Below are positions 37,261 to 50,298 of a DNA stretch of 64,000 nucleotides, piece after piece. A program made the position numbers and the translations under genes. Position 1 is the first letter of the stretch. Every line of letters starts with the position of its first letter. Origin of the DNA: Chiloscyllium plagiosum (lineage: Eukaryota); contig NC_057721.1 in assembly GCF_004010195.1 (NCBI RefSeq), positions 19,134,327 to 19,198,326 on the forward strand, written 5' to 3'. The notes below the pieces were generated by a model. The model searched no databases. It worked only from the letters and a program-made list of their open reading frames with translations, and had not been told where the DNA came from.

Positions 37261-37794
37261 AACAGATCACTTGATCACTATCACTTTGCTGTTTGACGGA
37301 CGGTGATGCTTATAAATTGGTTGTGGAGTTACCTATAACACTGCAAAAACAAATACTTATTTAGATGTTAAACACTTTGGAACATCCTTAAGTCATTGAA
37401 AGGTGCTAAATGAACACAAACTGTTCCTTTATTTGGCACCAAAATGCAACAGGAAATCTGAAATAAAAGCAGAAAGTGCTGGAGAAACTCAACCTGGCAG
37501 CATCTGTAGAGGGAGAAGGTTAAGGTTTGGAGTCTGATGTGTTTCTTCCTTTTATGACTAATGTGTGTTTTGGGGAGGGGCCGGGGTCAGTCAGCTCAGT
37601 TGGCTGGACGGCTGGTTTTTGCGAAGGACGATGGGTTCAATTCCCGTCCCAGCAGAGGAATAGACACTCCTCTCAACCTCTCCATCGGCCTGAGACCTAG
37701 CCCATTACCCGTCCTCTCTGTCTGTAGTGAGAGAGCAGCGGTGTGGTCTGGCCGGGCTGTACCTTGACTTACATCTGTCCAGTTGCTCACTCAC

Positions 37795-37881
37795 CTCATC
37801 AGGTTGTGAGGTACACTCTTTTCTTTTGCTGGGATGTCCAGCGCCGGGCCGGAAGGCGCCCATGGGGATATTGATGTTGGC
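37795..37881 (-). CDS. SMPX: SMPX coding exon 2
   Basis: ttttgcag| [29 protein letters not shown] |gtgagt; 87 nt, phase 0; human [24 protein letters not shown]. Confidence 0.95.
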
Positions 37882-38030
37882 CTGCAAAATGGATCAAATA
37901 AAACCAAGTGTTAGCGTCGCTGGAGACCGTCGGCCCAAGACAGGCTGGTGACAGTCAGTGGAGTCACTTCTCGCACTCACAATATCCGGTGGTAGACCCA
38001 CAGGCAACTTCTGAGGGGTTTTCCTCTCAC

Positions 38031-38066
38031 CTGGATAGATTTGACATTGGAGCTTCGCTTGGACAT
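38031..38066 (-). CDS. SMPX: SMPX coding exon 1 (exon begins at 38092)
   Basis: tcttttctcgtttccag| UTR, ATG MSKRSSNVKSIQ |gtgaga; human MSKQPVSNVRAIQ. Confidence 0.92.
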
Positions 38067-38566
38067 TGCGTAGAGGGAAGCTGGGTTTCCCGCTGGAAAC
38101 GAGAAAAGACAGTTAAATCCAAACATCCAGAATGCGGGCGCTGTCACCGTGGAGAGCTAGAACTCTCTCTCTCTCTCTCTGTCTCTCTCGCTGGAACACT
38201 GGCCCCGCCAAAGATAATCTTTCAGTGTCCATTTCAATGTTGCCTGGATACCCCTCACAGGGACATCGAGCAGAAACACTCGAGCCTCTGTTCGCTCAGG
38301 TCTGAGTGAATCTTTAATAGACACTGAAATGATATTCCCAGCGCTGCCTGAGAACATTTGAAAGAATACCTTCCCTTCGTTAAAACCAGAATCCAAGGCA
38401 CACTTTCAGTGGATTTGAATCCGCGCGTTGATTCTACAGATATGCCAGAAATGTCAAAGTAGAAATGACTAAACCGAGAGGGATCAAAATTCTGTGACAG
38501 TTACTCAAATCTCAGTCAGAACTTAGGGATGTTATAGCAGTTATTGAAGCCATGATGTGGAACTAC

Positions 38567-38598
38567 CTGATGAAGGAGCAGTGCTCCGAAAGCTTGTA
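38567..38598 (+). ncRNA. Minimal hammerhead ribozyme core in a Penelope remnant
   Basis: CUGAUGA-A-GGAGC(AGU)GCUCC-GAAAGCUU; 3-bp stem I (UAC/GUA); palindromic AAGCUU. Confidence 0.55.
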
Positions 38599-38739
38599 CT
38601 TCCAAATAAACCTGTTGGACTAGAAGCTGGTGTTGGGTGATTTTTAACTCTCTGCATTTATTGAAAACACGGCACGAAATAGAGAAACCAACAATTCCAA
38701 ATAAGTTTCACTTGAAGACCGTTCACTAAACTTCTCGTC

Positions 38740-38770
38740 CTGAAGAAGTCACACTGGACTCGAAACGTTA
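38740..38770 (+). ncRNA. Second minimal hammerhead-like core
   Basis: CUGAAGA-AGUC(ACACUG)GACU-C-GAAACGUU. Confidence 0.4.
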
Positions 38771-39407
38771 ACTCTGTCTCTCCCTCACTCCGTAGAGTTT
38801 CTCCAGCGTTTTCTGTGTATGTTAACTCTTTAAAAAGGAGTTCAATGTGTGCTAACAAACGCGGAGCGGAGGGACCAGACTGGTTCCCCGCTTGCGGTAT
38901 TAACAGGCAGGAGAATCATCTCCTAAGAATAAGCATTGGAGGCGAGAGTGGATAGCATGGGGATGAGTCACCGCCTCAAAGTTACGATCGCCTGGCAGCT
39001 TCAAAAGCGGGACAGTGGAACTGAAAGGTCAATGTCACTTTCTTCGGCGAGGCGCGTCACAGTCATAGGACTGGAGCTGGACTCTGTGGCTCTGTCACCA
39101 TGAGGAGAGGCTACTATCCAACTCCGAGAGGTTAAACCGGTCCAACTCGCACACACAAGGCCAGGAGGAGCGACAACGCGAGGCAGGAAAGGGTCACCTT
39201 TCCAAAAACAGCTCCCCAATCAGAAAGGGCCTACCGTCCCATGTCAGGTCATTTTCTCCTTGGGCTGGTATCAAGCTCCCCCCTTTTCCTGTCTCTGTCT
39301 CTCTCCCAACAAAACTACGGAATGATCAGGTTGGCTTCTCTGACCAGCTCCCGCGACTCTCGGCCACTCCATCAGAAAACCCCAGGAGAAACTTTCGCCA
39401 GCCTTAC

Positions 39408-39750
39408 CTGGAACCCGGAGAACACCTTTGGGGCAGTTGCTGGCTCACTCTTTGCTGTTTATTAAACTCCAACCAACCGGCGGGATGTTACTTTCTGCCG
39501 GGAGTGGGGTCGTTGAGGGTTGAAATGTCTAAGATTTTTTTTGGGGTGGGGGGAGCTAGACAGAAAGTCGACCGAAGAAGATCGCTAGGGTTGTGCATCA
39601 GTTTAGTTTGGAGGCAGATTGTGAAAGGATTCCTGACGTGGCTGACAGTTGTTTCAACTAAAAATAGCGCCTGGTAGGCAGAGGCTGTTTTTTCCATGTT
39701 AGTACTGTATTTGCCCTTTGAGTGGAAGGGTCAAATGTGTATGGGTCAAA
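39408..39750 (-). promoter_or_regulatory. SMPX: SMPX putative non-coding exon 1 and muscle promoter
   Basis: Minus-strand donor CAG|gtaagg at 39408; perfect MEF2 site CTAAAAATAG 39658-39667; TGACGT 39634; TGACAG with overlapping E-box CAGTTG 39643-39651. Confidence 0.6.
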
Positions 39751-42124
39751 CTCCGTTGAACCAGGTCTTATCAGGGACGCCACAGTGGTATCATCAAATC
39801 TCTCTTATTCAAAATGAGTTATTCTAGAAAGTTTTCCTTTTTTGTTTCACACCTGACTAAGAATGTTTTGAGCAATCACAGTTACCCAAACCGAAGACAG
39901 GATCCCTGATGTTTCATTATATATATACATCTGCATTTTCAGTCTGAGTTGACAGGTGGTGAATAAAGTGAATGAGGATTAAGGGTTGGTGAAGATTGGA
40001 GATCTAGTCAATAACAAATACAGGGCGCATTGTGGAACGACTTGCATGTTTCGGACAACCATCAGCAACTATTGCAACACACCATTATTTTGACCAGCTG
40101 CCAATGTTAAATGAACCGCACACACTTAGTGCCGTGTACCTATCGTAAACTATTTTCCTTTGCCACATCCACTACACAAAGCTATCAGCTATTCCATAGT
40201 ATCAGTAGAGAATTTTGAGATCAGCTGTTTCTCCATAGGGCACACAATATGCCCGTCTTGTTGCTGCACACCTTCCCGGGGATATGCTCATCTCGCTAGT
40301 TTATTGTTCAGACCGATTCCTGGGCTCACTAACCACATAAACCCTTGGTCTGGCAATTCTTCAAATTTAAAAATCTCAACTTTGTTCAAATTTCCGTGTG
40401 GCCTCCTACCATTCCAACTCTGTAACGTCCTCTTGCGTTGTAAGTTCTCTGTGTCCCCTCAGTCCTGGTCTCTGTATCTTTTACCTTGTTACTTGTGATT
40501 TTCAGCAGCCTCAGCGCCAAACTTGGAACTTTCTCCTTAAACATCACAAAGTCTCCAACTCTCTCTACTCTTTAAACCTCAATTTATCAAAGAAGCTTTT
40601 AATCACAAATGTATTGCCTTCTTTGGCTCGATATCAGATTTCATATGATAATGCTACTGTAAAGTGTTTTGGAATGTTTATCGTGGTAAAGGTAACATAT
40701 AAATACAAGTTACAGTTTTCATAGCATGGCATTAAAAGATCTTTATATAGACAAACCACACCATAAACTAATCCTTAAAACAGATGCAACTATCACTTTG
40801 GAAGAAGTATATATTTTTGGGTGAAAGTCAAATTGAAATTAACATCTAAATGCCAGAATGCCTCTAAGTCCAAGTGATCCAAGAATGTAGAATATCGATT
40901 TGGGTCATTTGGTGGCCTTCAGTCATTTTTTAATTCAAGGATGATTTCTAATCAGGATTGTTTGTTTCTGCCAGGGTTGTTATGTTGCTTTCACCTGCCT
41001 TACAGAGCTGCTTTCAAGATGTACACGGTCTTTTGTTTGATGGACCTCCTGTTAACTTAGGAGAATGCAATGGAGGCATCATTTTTGGAATCTGTAAATC
41101 AGTCTTATGTACTACATAGTGCAGGTCTCACAGCTACATAGGAATGTGGTGACAGCAACTGGTTGTACACTGGGACTCTTGTTGATTTGTGGTCTTTGTT
41201 GTAAAAATATTCATTTTGTAGAAAGTTGAGCTGGCAGAGCTGATTTAGTGTCAGACCTCCTCATCAGTACTGGCTTTTTGAGACAAGTAGCAGCCAAGAT
41301 ATGGGAACATATTCCATATATCTCCAAATTGTATGGTTGGGGTAGGGGAATCATTTGCTTGACCAGGGTTGATCTACAAGTTGTGTTTTGGCAACCTTCA
41401 GGAACAGGCCAAGTCTCTCCTATGCACACATGAAGAGGTTGAAAGTAGCTTGCAAGTCTGGTGGAGAGTGGTGTTAACTACACAGTCATCCTCATACTGC
41501 AGATCATGAACTAATGGTAATATGACAGTATATTTGCAGTTTATTTATAGTGATAGCCCCATTGTCTGAGTCTTGAGGTCCAGCTTTGGTGCACTGCATG
41601 TTTAGCAATGCACATGAGGGACTTTGGATGTCTGAAATTTCTACCCTTGGCCTCCAGAAATGAGTATGGCTGAAATCACTTTGTTAAATTGGTTTATATT
41701 TGTGTAACAATGCAAAATAAAAATAAAACAACACATCCATGCACCAATTAGTCATCATGCTTAAACAGAATAATATTACACTTTCCAGCCTTTTAGCCAA
41801 GAGCAGATCCTTTGCCTTTACAATCTCTTGTCCTTTATTAATCTTCTTGTAGCACTTAGGAACTTCTGCTGTATATTTGTGTCGGAAGAAGGTGGGTTCA
41901 AGTCTAACTCAACAAACCTGAGCTCCCTATCTAATCCGATTCATGGCTGTGTACTGTGCAGCTCCTGAACTGAAGAAGCCGCTGAATTTTGGATGGGACT
42001 TTAAACCAAAGCTCTTAAACCAAGGCCCATAGAACTGTCTAAAAGAAGAACAAGGGAGCTTTCTCCAATATCTTCTTCTTCAGCCAACAGCACTGAATGT
42101 TGTGTGTGGAACCTCAACGCGCAT

Positions 42125-42330
42125 GGAAAACAATAAATGCTGGAGATCACAGCGGGTCAGACAGCATTTCAAGTCTGGATAACTCTTCATCAGAGCTTCA
42201 TCTTTGTCATCTAGACTCAAAATATTGGCTTGTTCTCTTTCCATGGACGCTGTCTGACCCACTGCGATCTCCAGTATTTATAGTTTTCAGGAAAGATCCC
42301 AGCATCTGCAGTGATTTGCTCCTACTCAGT
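42125..42330. mobile_element. Palindromic Penelope-derived element (different subfamily)
   Basis: ctggagatcacagcgggtcagacagc...gctgtctgacccactgcgatctccag inverted arms; cagcatctgcag tail. Confidence 0.65.
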
Positions 42331-43989
42331 GTGCACTAGATAGTTGTCTTGTTTTCTATATTAAAACAGAGGTATATATCAACTGCAATGCTGTAATGCA
42401 TTGAGATATCCTGGAATTGTAAAATACATCTTATAAATTTGAGTTATTTCTTTCACTTTGTTCCCTAATGGATACGTTTTTCATAATCAGATTATTTTTA
42501 AAATTTATATTCATATAATTCCATATCATTTCAGACTGTTCATGATCAGGAAAAGATTAAACCAACATAATGGTTGCAAGATTCTTTCAAAATCAAGCTA
42601 CTGAATTGCTTAGTGTACTCATGGATAACAGCCTCCTGTTCAGATACTGACCATTTTGCAAATGATTTTGAATTCACAGCTCATTCTACAACTAATCTTA
42701 GAAACTGCTACCTATGATGGAAATAATCATATTTAAGTCCTCCCCATAGTAAAATGAACAAATAATCCAGAAAAAGGATGGTGCCTGTGGTGGGAACAAC
42801 AGTAATTCTGGGTGACATGAGACTCGTTGCATCTCCTCTTTGTTGTCATGACCCAGGCTGTAAATGGCGACAAGTCTGACAAAATCCATCAATCTAACAT
42901 ATCAAGTAGTTGCAGCTAGGCAGAAATGACAGAGAGGCAAGGCTGCCGATTGGGAAACAAACAATGTCATATTTCTATGATCTCTCATCATTTGTATATT
43001 TATAATGCCATGTCCAGTGCAGGCATGAAGTGTTACATCTTTTTAAAACTATTTTTAAAATGGACACAACAGCTTTTACAATGGCTGCCCATATAGCATG
43101 TGGCTTTGGCAGCATCAGGTCCATCCGAGACCTGAAAGTCAAGAAAAGATTTCATTAATAATGAGCAATCCCAGCCACTTGTGAAACTCGCAAGTCTTTT
43201 TGTTAAGGATGAACTGTAAATAAGCAGGATTACAATACTCCAGCCATCTCACTTCACCAAGGACAATAGTGAAATCGAAGCTCACTGGGTGTGAGACAAT
43301 TATGAAATAAGTCACAGTGTATCATGTACCTATATTGTATTGTGATGGCTCCTCATCTCAAACCCATAGCGAACTTTGCTGTCTCCAAAAGTGTGAAAGA
43401 ATCAACATAAAAAGTGAAAGACCAACCTACTACCTCATTTGGAAGGAAGACTTTGAAACAAATTCACCCTAAGTATTAACCTCTTGGCAATTCAAGTACA
43501 AGAAAACTTACAGCTAACTGAGAATTATCTGTGTTTCCAGACCTCACCTCAACTAAAACATTACATCAGCTAAAGCCTGCAATGAAAGAGATTGAAATCA
43601 ACACAGCTTGTAATTGTGCATTTTTCCTCCTCTGCACCTAATTTTCGTGTGATGATAGTGTATGAGGCATTTCATTAAAATGTCTGAGGCATGTGTATGA
43701 TAATAAATTCTCTTTATTTTTAAATTGACAAAAACATGCTGCTGGAAATGATCTAAATTGGACCAAAGCACCTTAATTCCACACATAAAAATACTTGGAT
43801 TATGGATATTAAGCTTATGACTCGATAAAACCTTCTCGTTTCGAAAGCTTATGAAGATGTTGTCTCAGCAAAATGAACTTTCCCATTCTCAGCTGAAATG
43901 CTCTGTTGAATAGGATACATGGTGCCTGTGTCTGCCATGGCTCAGAGTGACTTTCCTCAGACAACTTTTCACTGTGCACCTCATTATCT

Positions 43990-45200
43990 ACAACTGGGCT
44001 TTTGTGTGCCTTTCTTGCAGCGTCAGAGGCTATTCTGAGGCCTTCCAGCTTTCAAGCCTCTGGCACCATATTTAACGTCCAGCTGCCGACTACTTCAGAT
44101 GCTTCAAGCCAGGAACAACTCCTCACACTGTGGTTCTTGAGCCTCCAGATTCAGGACAAAGCCTGGAGGGAAGGAAGGCTCACTCCCCGCTTCATTGGGA
44201 AGGACCTGGGGGCATTAATTGATGGGGAGATGGAAAGGAGGGAAGAGTCAGTTTTCCACCCACATGCCACAGGAGTCCACACCATTAGACCAAGGCAACC
44301 CAGTCGCAAATTGTAGCCCAGGTCTGTATTGTACCCTGAGAGATGCTCAGCAGTGCAGGACCAAGGTCAGTGATCTTCTATGCTCTGTAAAGGTAAGTGC
44401 CCTCATCTTCTCCCTGCTACTTCACACTCACAGGGATCTTGCACATACTGACTCTGCCATTGAGCCCACCTCTCATTATAGCTCATGGATGACAACTCTC
44501 ACTATTCCATGCACTATGTCCACTCAATACCTCACCTACCTCAAACTACTAACCCTTCCTGCCCTCTCCACCATTGTTCGGGCCCTGGTATTTCGTTTTA
44601 AGGAATTCCCATTGATCTCACGATGTTTTTCCAAGAAAAAACTTGCCCAGCTTACTGTGGACAGGCTCAGACTAATCATACCAATATCAGTCTTTACTAG
44701 AATCTCAGTTGCTGCTTTGAAATTCTCCTTTTCAAACTTTATGGATGGAATCTTCCCAAGTACTGAACAATGTGGGCTAAACTGAGAAATTTGGGGAAAT
44801 CAGGTGAGATGTCGAGCAAGGTCATGGAGACAAAGAAGTCATATTTTCCACCAGGTCCCGGATGTCATGACATAAGGCCTATTAACACGGATTATTGCTC
44901 ATTATAACACTCAAAACTAATTAATTAAACCTCATTATTATGCAGGCTCACGTTTTCCCAGACCCAATCAAAACTAGTTGCTGGGAATTTCTGATATGAA
45001 AGTAAGAGTAAATGCTTGGGTGATTCCAGCATGGCACTTGCTCATTCAAACCTCCATTGGACACCCATGATACGTTAGCAGAGGGCATATGCACTTCACA
45101 CCCATGATCCACCTCGGAGCAGTTCCATACATGTGTGTGCAGCCATTGCACCTCCGAGGGAATACTGGGTATGGACAGCACGTTAATTGTTGCAAACAAC
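43990..45200. mobile_element. Possible decayed Harbinger element (Myb/SANT-like piece on plus, transposase piece on minus)
   Basis: PRFIGKDLGALIDGEMERREESVF at about 44185-44255; FPRRCNGCTH (cf. FP...DCTH) at about 45135-45163. Confidence 0.35.
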
Positions 45201-46332
45201 CAGAAAAAGAGTCCACAGAAAGGATTGTAAACAAAAAGAAGATGAACACAGCAGGATAATATGGCGGTTAAGAAGGCATATTATCTCTAATATCAGAGCA
45301 GGAAGGTTATGTTGGATCTGTCCGAGACTTTGATTAGATTAATGTCCGATTAAGTTTAAGACAGTTATGGAGAGGGACAAAACTGGTCCACAGGTTCAAG
45401 TTCTAAACTGAGGAAAGGTGAATTTTGAAGGAAATAGATATTATCTCTAATATAAGAGCAGGAAGGTTATGTTGGATCTGTCCAAGACTTTGATTAGATT
45501 AATATCCGATTAAGTTTAAGACAGTTATGGAGAGGGACAAAACTGGTCCACAGGTTCAAGTTCTAAATTGAGGAAAGGTGAATTTTGAAGGAAATAGACA
45601 GAAACTTGCAGGGGTTGACTGGAGTAGATTTTTTGCAAGCAAAGGGACCTCTGGCAAGTGGGAAGCCTTTAAAAGTAAGACAGCTAGAGTTCAAGGTCTC
45701 TATGTTCCTGACGGTGAAGGGCAAGGGTGGCAGGAATAGGGAGCCCTGGATGACAAGAGATATTGAGGCTTTGACCAGAAAAAAGGAGGTATGGTTCAAG
45801 TACAGGTAGCTTGGATCAAGGGAATTCCTGGAAGTAAAAAGGAGATGCAGGAGTTTTCTGAAGAAGGAAACCAGTAGGCCACAAAGGGGGCACAAGGTAG
45901 CCTTGGCTGAGAAGATTAGGGTGAATCCAAAGAGGTACTGTAAATATATTAAAGGACAAAGAATAACTTGAGAGAGAATAAGACTCCTCAAGGACTAAAG
46001 TGGACATGTATGTGTAGAACTGCAGGAGATAGGCGAGGTCCTCAATGAATATTTTTCTTCTGTACTTACCGTGGAGAAAGTAGAAGACTTTGGGAACTTG
46101 GGGAAGTTAGTGGTCATATCTTTGGGACAACCCACATCACAATACAGAAGGTGTTGGACATATTAGAATGTATGAAGGTGATTAAATCTCTTGGTCCTGA
46201 CCAGATACATTGAAGAACACTGCGAGAGACTACAGAAGAAATTGTGGGCACCTGGCTGATATTTTTGCATTATCATTAGCCACAGGTGAGATCCTAGAAG
46301 ACTGGAGGGTAGCAAATGTTGTGCCCTTATTT

Positions 46333-48231
46333 AATTGAATTGAATTGGATTGAATTGAATTTATTGTCACATGTACCGAGGCACAGAGAAAAGTTTTGCC
46401 TTGCGAGCAATACAGGCAGCTCACCGAGTTAAGGAGCACAGATAAGTAAATTATAGGTAAACAGCGGCAAAAACAAAAATACAGGTACAAAGGAATGTTA
46501 AGAGTTTGTGAGTCCATTCAATATTCTAACAACAGTAGGGTAGAAACTGTTATGAAACTGGCTGGTGCGTGTTCAGGCTTATGTACCTACTCCCCAATAG
46601 TAGAGGTTGTAGAGGGTGGGATGAATCTTTGAGAATGCTAGCAGCCTTTCCTTGACAGCAGACCTGGTAGATGGATTCTATGGATGGGAGGTTGGCCTTT
46701 GTGATTGTACGGACCGAATTCATCACTCTCTGTAACCTTCTCCGATCTTGAATGGTACAGTTGCCATACCAGGTAGTGATACATCCAGCTGAAAATGTGT
46801 TGCTGGAAAAGCGCAGCAGATCAGGCAGCATCCAAGGAACAGGAGAATCGATGTTTCAGGCATAAGCCCTTCTTCAGGAATGAGGAAAGTGTGTCCAGCA
46901 GGCTAAGATAAAAGGTAGGGAGGAGGGACTTGAGACAATGAGTCGGCCGGGGCAGTCACGTTTGTGGATTTTGGGCAGGAGGTAGACACGGGCGGTACGG
47001 GGTTGTGGGACTATGATACATCCAGACAGAATGCTCTCGATAGCGCATCTATAAAAGTTGGCAAGGGTATTCGCCATCATACCAAATTTCCTCAGCTGCC
47101 TGAGGAAGAAGAGGTGTTATTGGGCCTTTGTAACTAGTGTGTCCACATGAAGAGTCCAAGAAAGTGTGTTATGGATAACCACTCCCAGGAGCTTGACACT
47201 CTCCGCCTTTGTGCTGTTAATGTGTAGGGGGGCATGAGTAACATCCCACCGAAAGTCAATAATGAGTTCCTTGGTTTTGCTGTCATTGAGAGCTAGGTTG
47301 TTCTCAGTGCACCATTTTTCCAGGTTTTCCAAGTCCCATCTGTAGTCTGTTTCATCACCATCTGATATTCGGCCGACTATGGTGGTGTCATCAGTGAACT
47401 TGTAAATAGCATTAGTGTGGAATTTGGTAACACAGTCATGGGTATACAGTGAGTATAGTAGGGGGCTGAGTATACACTCCTGGGGCACTCCAGTGTTGAG
47501 TATTAGTGGCGACGAAATATCGATCCTAATCTTCACTAATTGTGGCCTGTGGGTCAGGAAACTGAGGATCCAGTTGCAGAGAGTGGGGCTTAGTCCGAGA
47601 TCACTAAGTTTAGGAATCAGTCTCGAGGGGATAATAGTGTTGAAAGCTGAACTGTAGTCAATGAGTAGGATTCTTACGTAGCTGCTCTTGGTGTCAAGAT
47701 GTTCTAGGGAAGAATGAAGGGCAAGTGATATGGCATCTGATGTGGATCTGTTGGTCCGATTGGCAAATTAGACTGGGTCAAGAGTAGTGGGGAGGCTGGA
47801 GTTGATTAATGCCGTGACCAGCCTTTCAAAGCACTTCACGACCACCGAAGTTAGGGCCACTGGGCAGTAGTCATTGAGACATGCTGCATGAGCCTTCTTA
47901 GGCACAGAGATGATGTTGGCCTCTTGAAACAGGCAGGGACAGTGGCCTGCTGCAGGGAGAGGTTGAAGATGTCAGAGAAGACCTCTGCCAGTTGATCTGC
48001 ACATGCTCTGAATGCATTGCCTGGTACTTTGTCTGGTTCCATTGCTTTCCTTGGATTCACATGAAGGAAAGCTGGTCTGACCTCTGATGCAGTGACTGTT
48101 GGGATAGGTTCATCAGGATTTGTTGGAATAGGTGTCACCTGTCCACCGAAATTCTGCTCAAAGCGAGCATAGAAGGCGTTGAGACAATCTGCGAGGGATA
48201 TGTCATCGTCTGCTATCTTGCACTGTCTCTT
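46333..48231 (-). mobile_element. Rex1/Babar-type LINE, 5'-truncated
   Basis: [69 protein letters not shown]; (ATTCA)n tail at 46333-46360. Confidence 0.85.
46789..47013 (-). mobile_element. Penelope insertion with RT fragment, inside Rex1
   Basis: 12-bp TSD tgatacatccag (46777-46788, 47014-47025); minus strand PRTARVYLLPKIHKRDCPGRLIVS (Penelope RT motif) joined to the terminal repeat seen in the palindromes. Confidence 0.85.
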
Positions 48232-50002
48232 TTTAGAAAAAGTTTGCAAAGAAAATCATGGGAACTATAGACCAGTAAGCCTAACATCTGTTGAAGGTAA
48301 ATTAATTGAGAAGATTCTGAGAGATAAGATATTCATTTGGTAAGACAGGGTTTGATTAGGAATAGTCAGCATGGTTTTGTGTGTGAGAGATCATGCCTCA
48401 CAAATTTGTTAGAGTTCTTTGATGAAGTGACCAGGAAGGTTGACAAGGGCGGGGTGGTGGATGTCATCTATGTGGATTTCAGTAAGGCCTTTGATAAGGT
48501 TCCACATGGTAGGATGCTCTGGAAGGTTAGATTGCATGGAATCCACGGGGAGCTGGAAAATTGGATACAAAATTGGCTTGATGGTAGGAAGCAGAGGATT
48601 ATAGTGGAAGGATGCGTGTTGGACTGGGGGCCTGTGACTAGTGACGTGTCTCAGGGCTTGGTGCTGAGCCATTGCTATTTGTTATTTATATCAATGATTT
48701 GGATGAGAATGTACAAGGCATGATTAATAGGTTTGCAGATGACACTAATATAGGCAGTATGGAGGACAGTGAGTAAGGTTATCAGAAACTGCAGCAGGAC
48801 GTTAATTAGCTGGGGAAGTGGGCAGAGAAATGGCACTTGGAGTTTAATATAGGTCTTGCATTTTGGGAAGCCAAATCAAGGCAGGAGTTTCATGGTAAAT
48901 GGTAGGGCATTAAGGAGTGTAGTGGAACAGAGGGACCTTGGAGTTCAGGTGCACGGTTCTCTGAAAGTGGATTCACAGATAGACAGGGCAGTGAAGAAGG
49001 CTTTTGGCACACTGGCCGTCATCAGTCAGGGCATTGATTATTGAAGTTGGGATGTTATGTTGCAGTTGTACAGGACGTTGGTGAGGCCACACTTGGAGTA
49101 GTGTTCAGTTTTGGTCACTTTGCTATAGGAAGGATGTTAGTGAACTGGTAAGAGTGCAGAAGAAATTTACAAGGATGTTGCCAGGACTCAACAGTCTGTG
49201 TTACTAGGAGAGGTTGAACAAGCTACGACTTTTTTCTTCAGAGCTTAGGAGACTGAGGGAGGATCTTATAGGAGTTTATAAGATCATGAGAGGCATGGAT
49301 TGATCGAATGCACTCAGTCTTTTTCCCAGAGTTGGGGAATTGAGGACTAGAGGGTATCAGTTTAAGGTTAGGGAGGAAAGAATAAAAGGGAATCTGAGGG
49401 ACAACCTTTTTACACAAAGGTTGTCCCTCATATGGAATGAGCTGCCAGCAGAAGTGATTGAGACATTAACAACATGTGAAAGGCATTTGGACAAATGCAT
49501 GGACGGGAAAGGTTTCGAAGGATATGGGCCAAGTGTAGGGCAATGGTTAACATAGATGGACATTTTGGTTGGACGTTTTGTTCGGCATGGACCACTTTGT
49601 GCCAAAGGTCTGTCTCCAAAAGCAATGTATGACTCTGTTGGAGTACTGTGTGCAGTTCTCATCTTCGTACTATAGGATGTGATTGCACTGGAGGATATGC
49701 AAAGGATGTTCACCAGGATGTTGCGTGGGTTGGAGCACTTTATCTATGAAGAGAAGCTGAGTAAGGTTGGGTTATTTTCTTTGGTGTAGCAAAGGTTGAG
49801 GGGATGTGTGGGTGGGACCACCAGATAAAGGTGTATAAGATTATGGACAGAATGAATAGAAAGCAGCTGATCCCCTTAGTCAAAGGATCAATGAGAAGGA
49901 GCACAATTTTAAAGTGAAATGCATATAATTTGGAAGCAAATTGAGGAAACAATACACCCATCTGGAATGCAATAGAAGGGAGGGTGGTTGATGTGCGTAA
50001 CC

Positions 50003-50298
50003 TTAGATTACTTCTAGTGTGGAAACAGGTCCTTCAGCCCAACAAGTCCACACCGATCCGCCGAAGCGCAACCCACCCATACCCCTACACCTAACACTAC
50101 GGGCAATTTAGCATGGCCAATTCACCTGACCTGCACATCTTTGGACTGTGGGAGGAAACCGGAGCACCTGGAGGAAACCCACACAGACACAGGGAGAACG
50201 TGCAAACTCCATACAGACAGTCGCTGGAGGCAGCAATTGAACCTGGGCACTGACACTGTGAGGCAGCAGTGCTAACCACTGTGCCACTGTGTCGCCCA
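50003..50298 (-). mobile_element. HE1-like tRNA-derived V-SINE
   Basis: A box gtggcacagtgg, B box ggttcaattgc, V-domain gtttgcacgttctccctgtgtctg, agtaatctaa tail. Confidence 0.85.

Larger units (their letters stand above)
45278..49630 (+). mobile_element. CR1 LINE split by a Rex1 insertion
   Basis: ...DWRVANVVPLF ends at about 46332 and resumes at about 48232 with GNYRPVS, SQHGFV, DFSKAFDKVPH; 160-bp tandem duplication at 45278-45597. Confidence 0.85.

Noticed and set aside
37585-37660. tRNA-like A and B boxes
   Set aside because: No complete cloverleaf; a decayed SINE head. The same applies to the heads at 50250, 52060 and 59970.
42700-43140. Possible minus-strand exons upstream of SMPX
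   Set aside because: Weak donors and no recognisable peptide.
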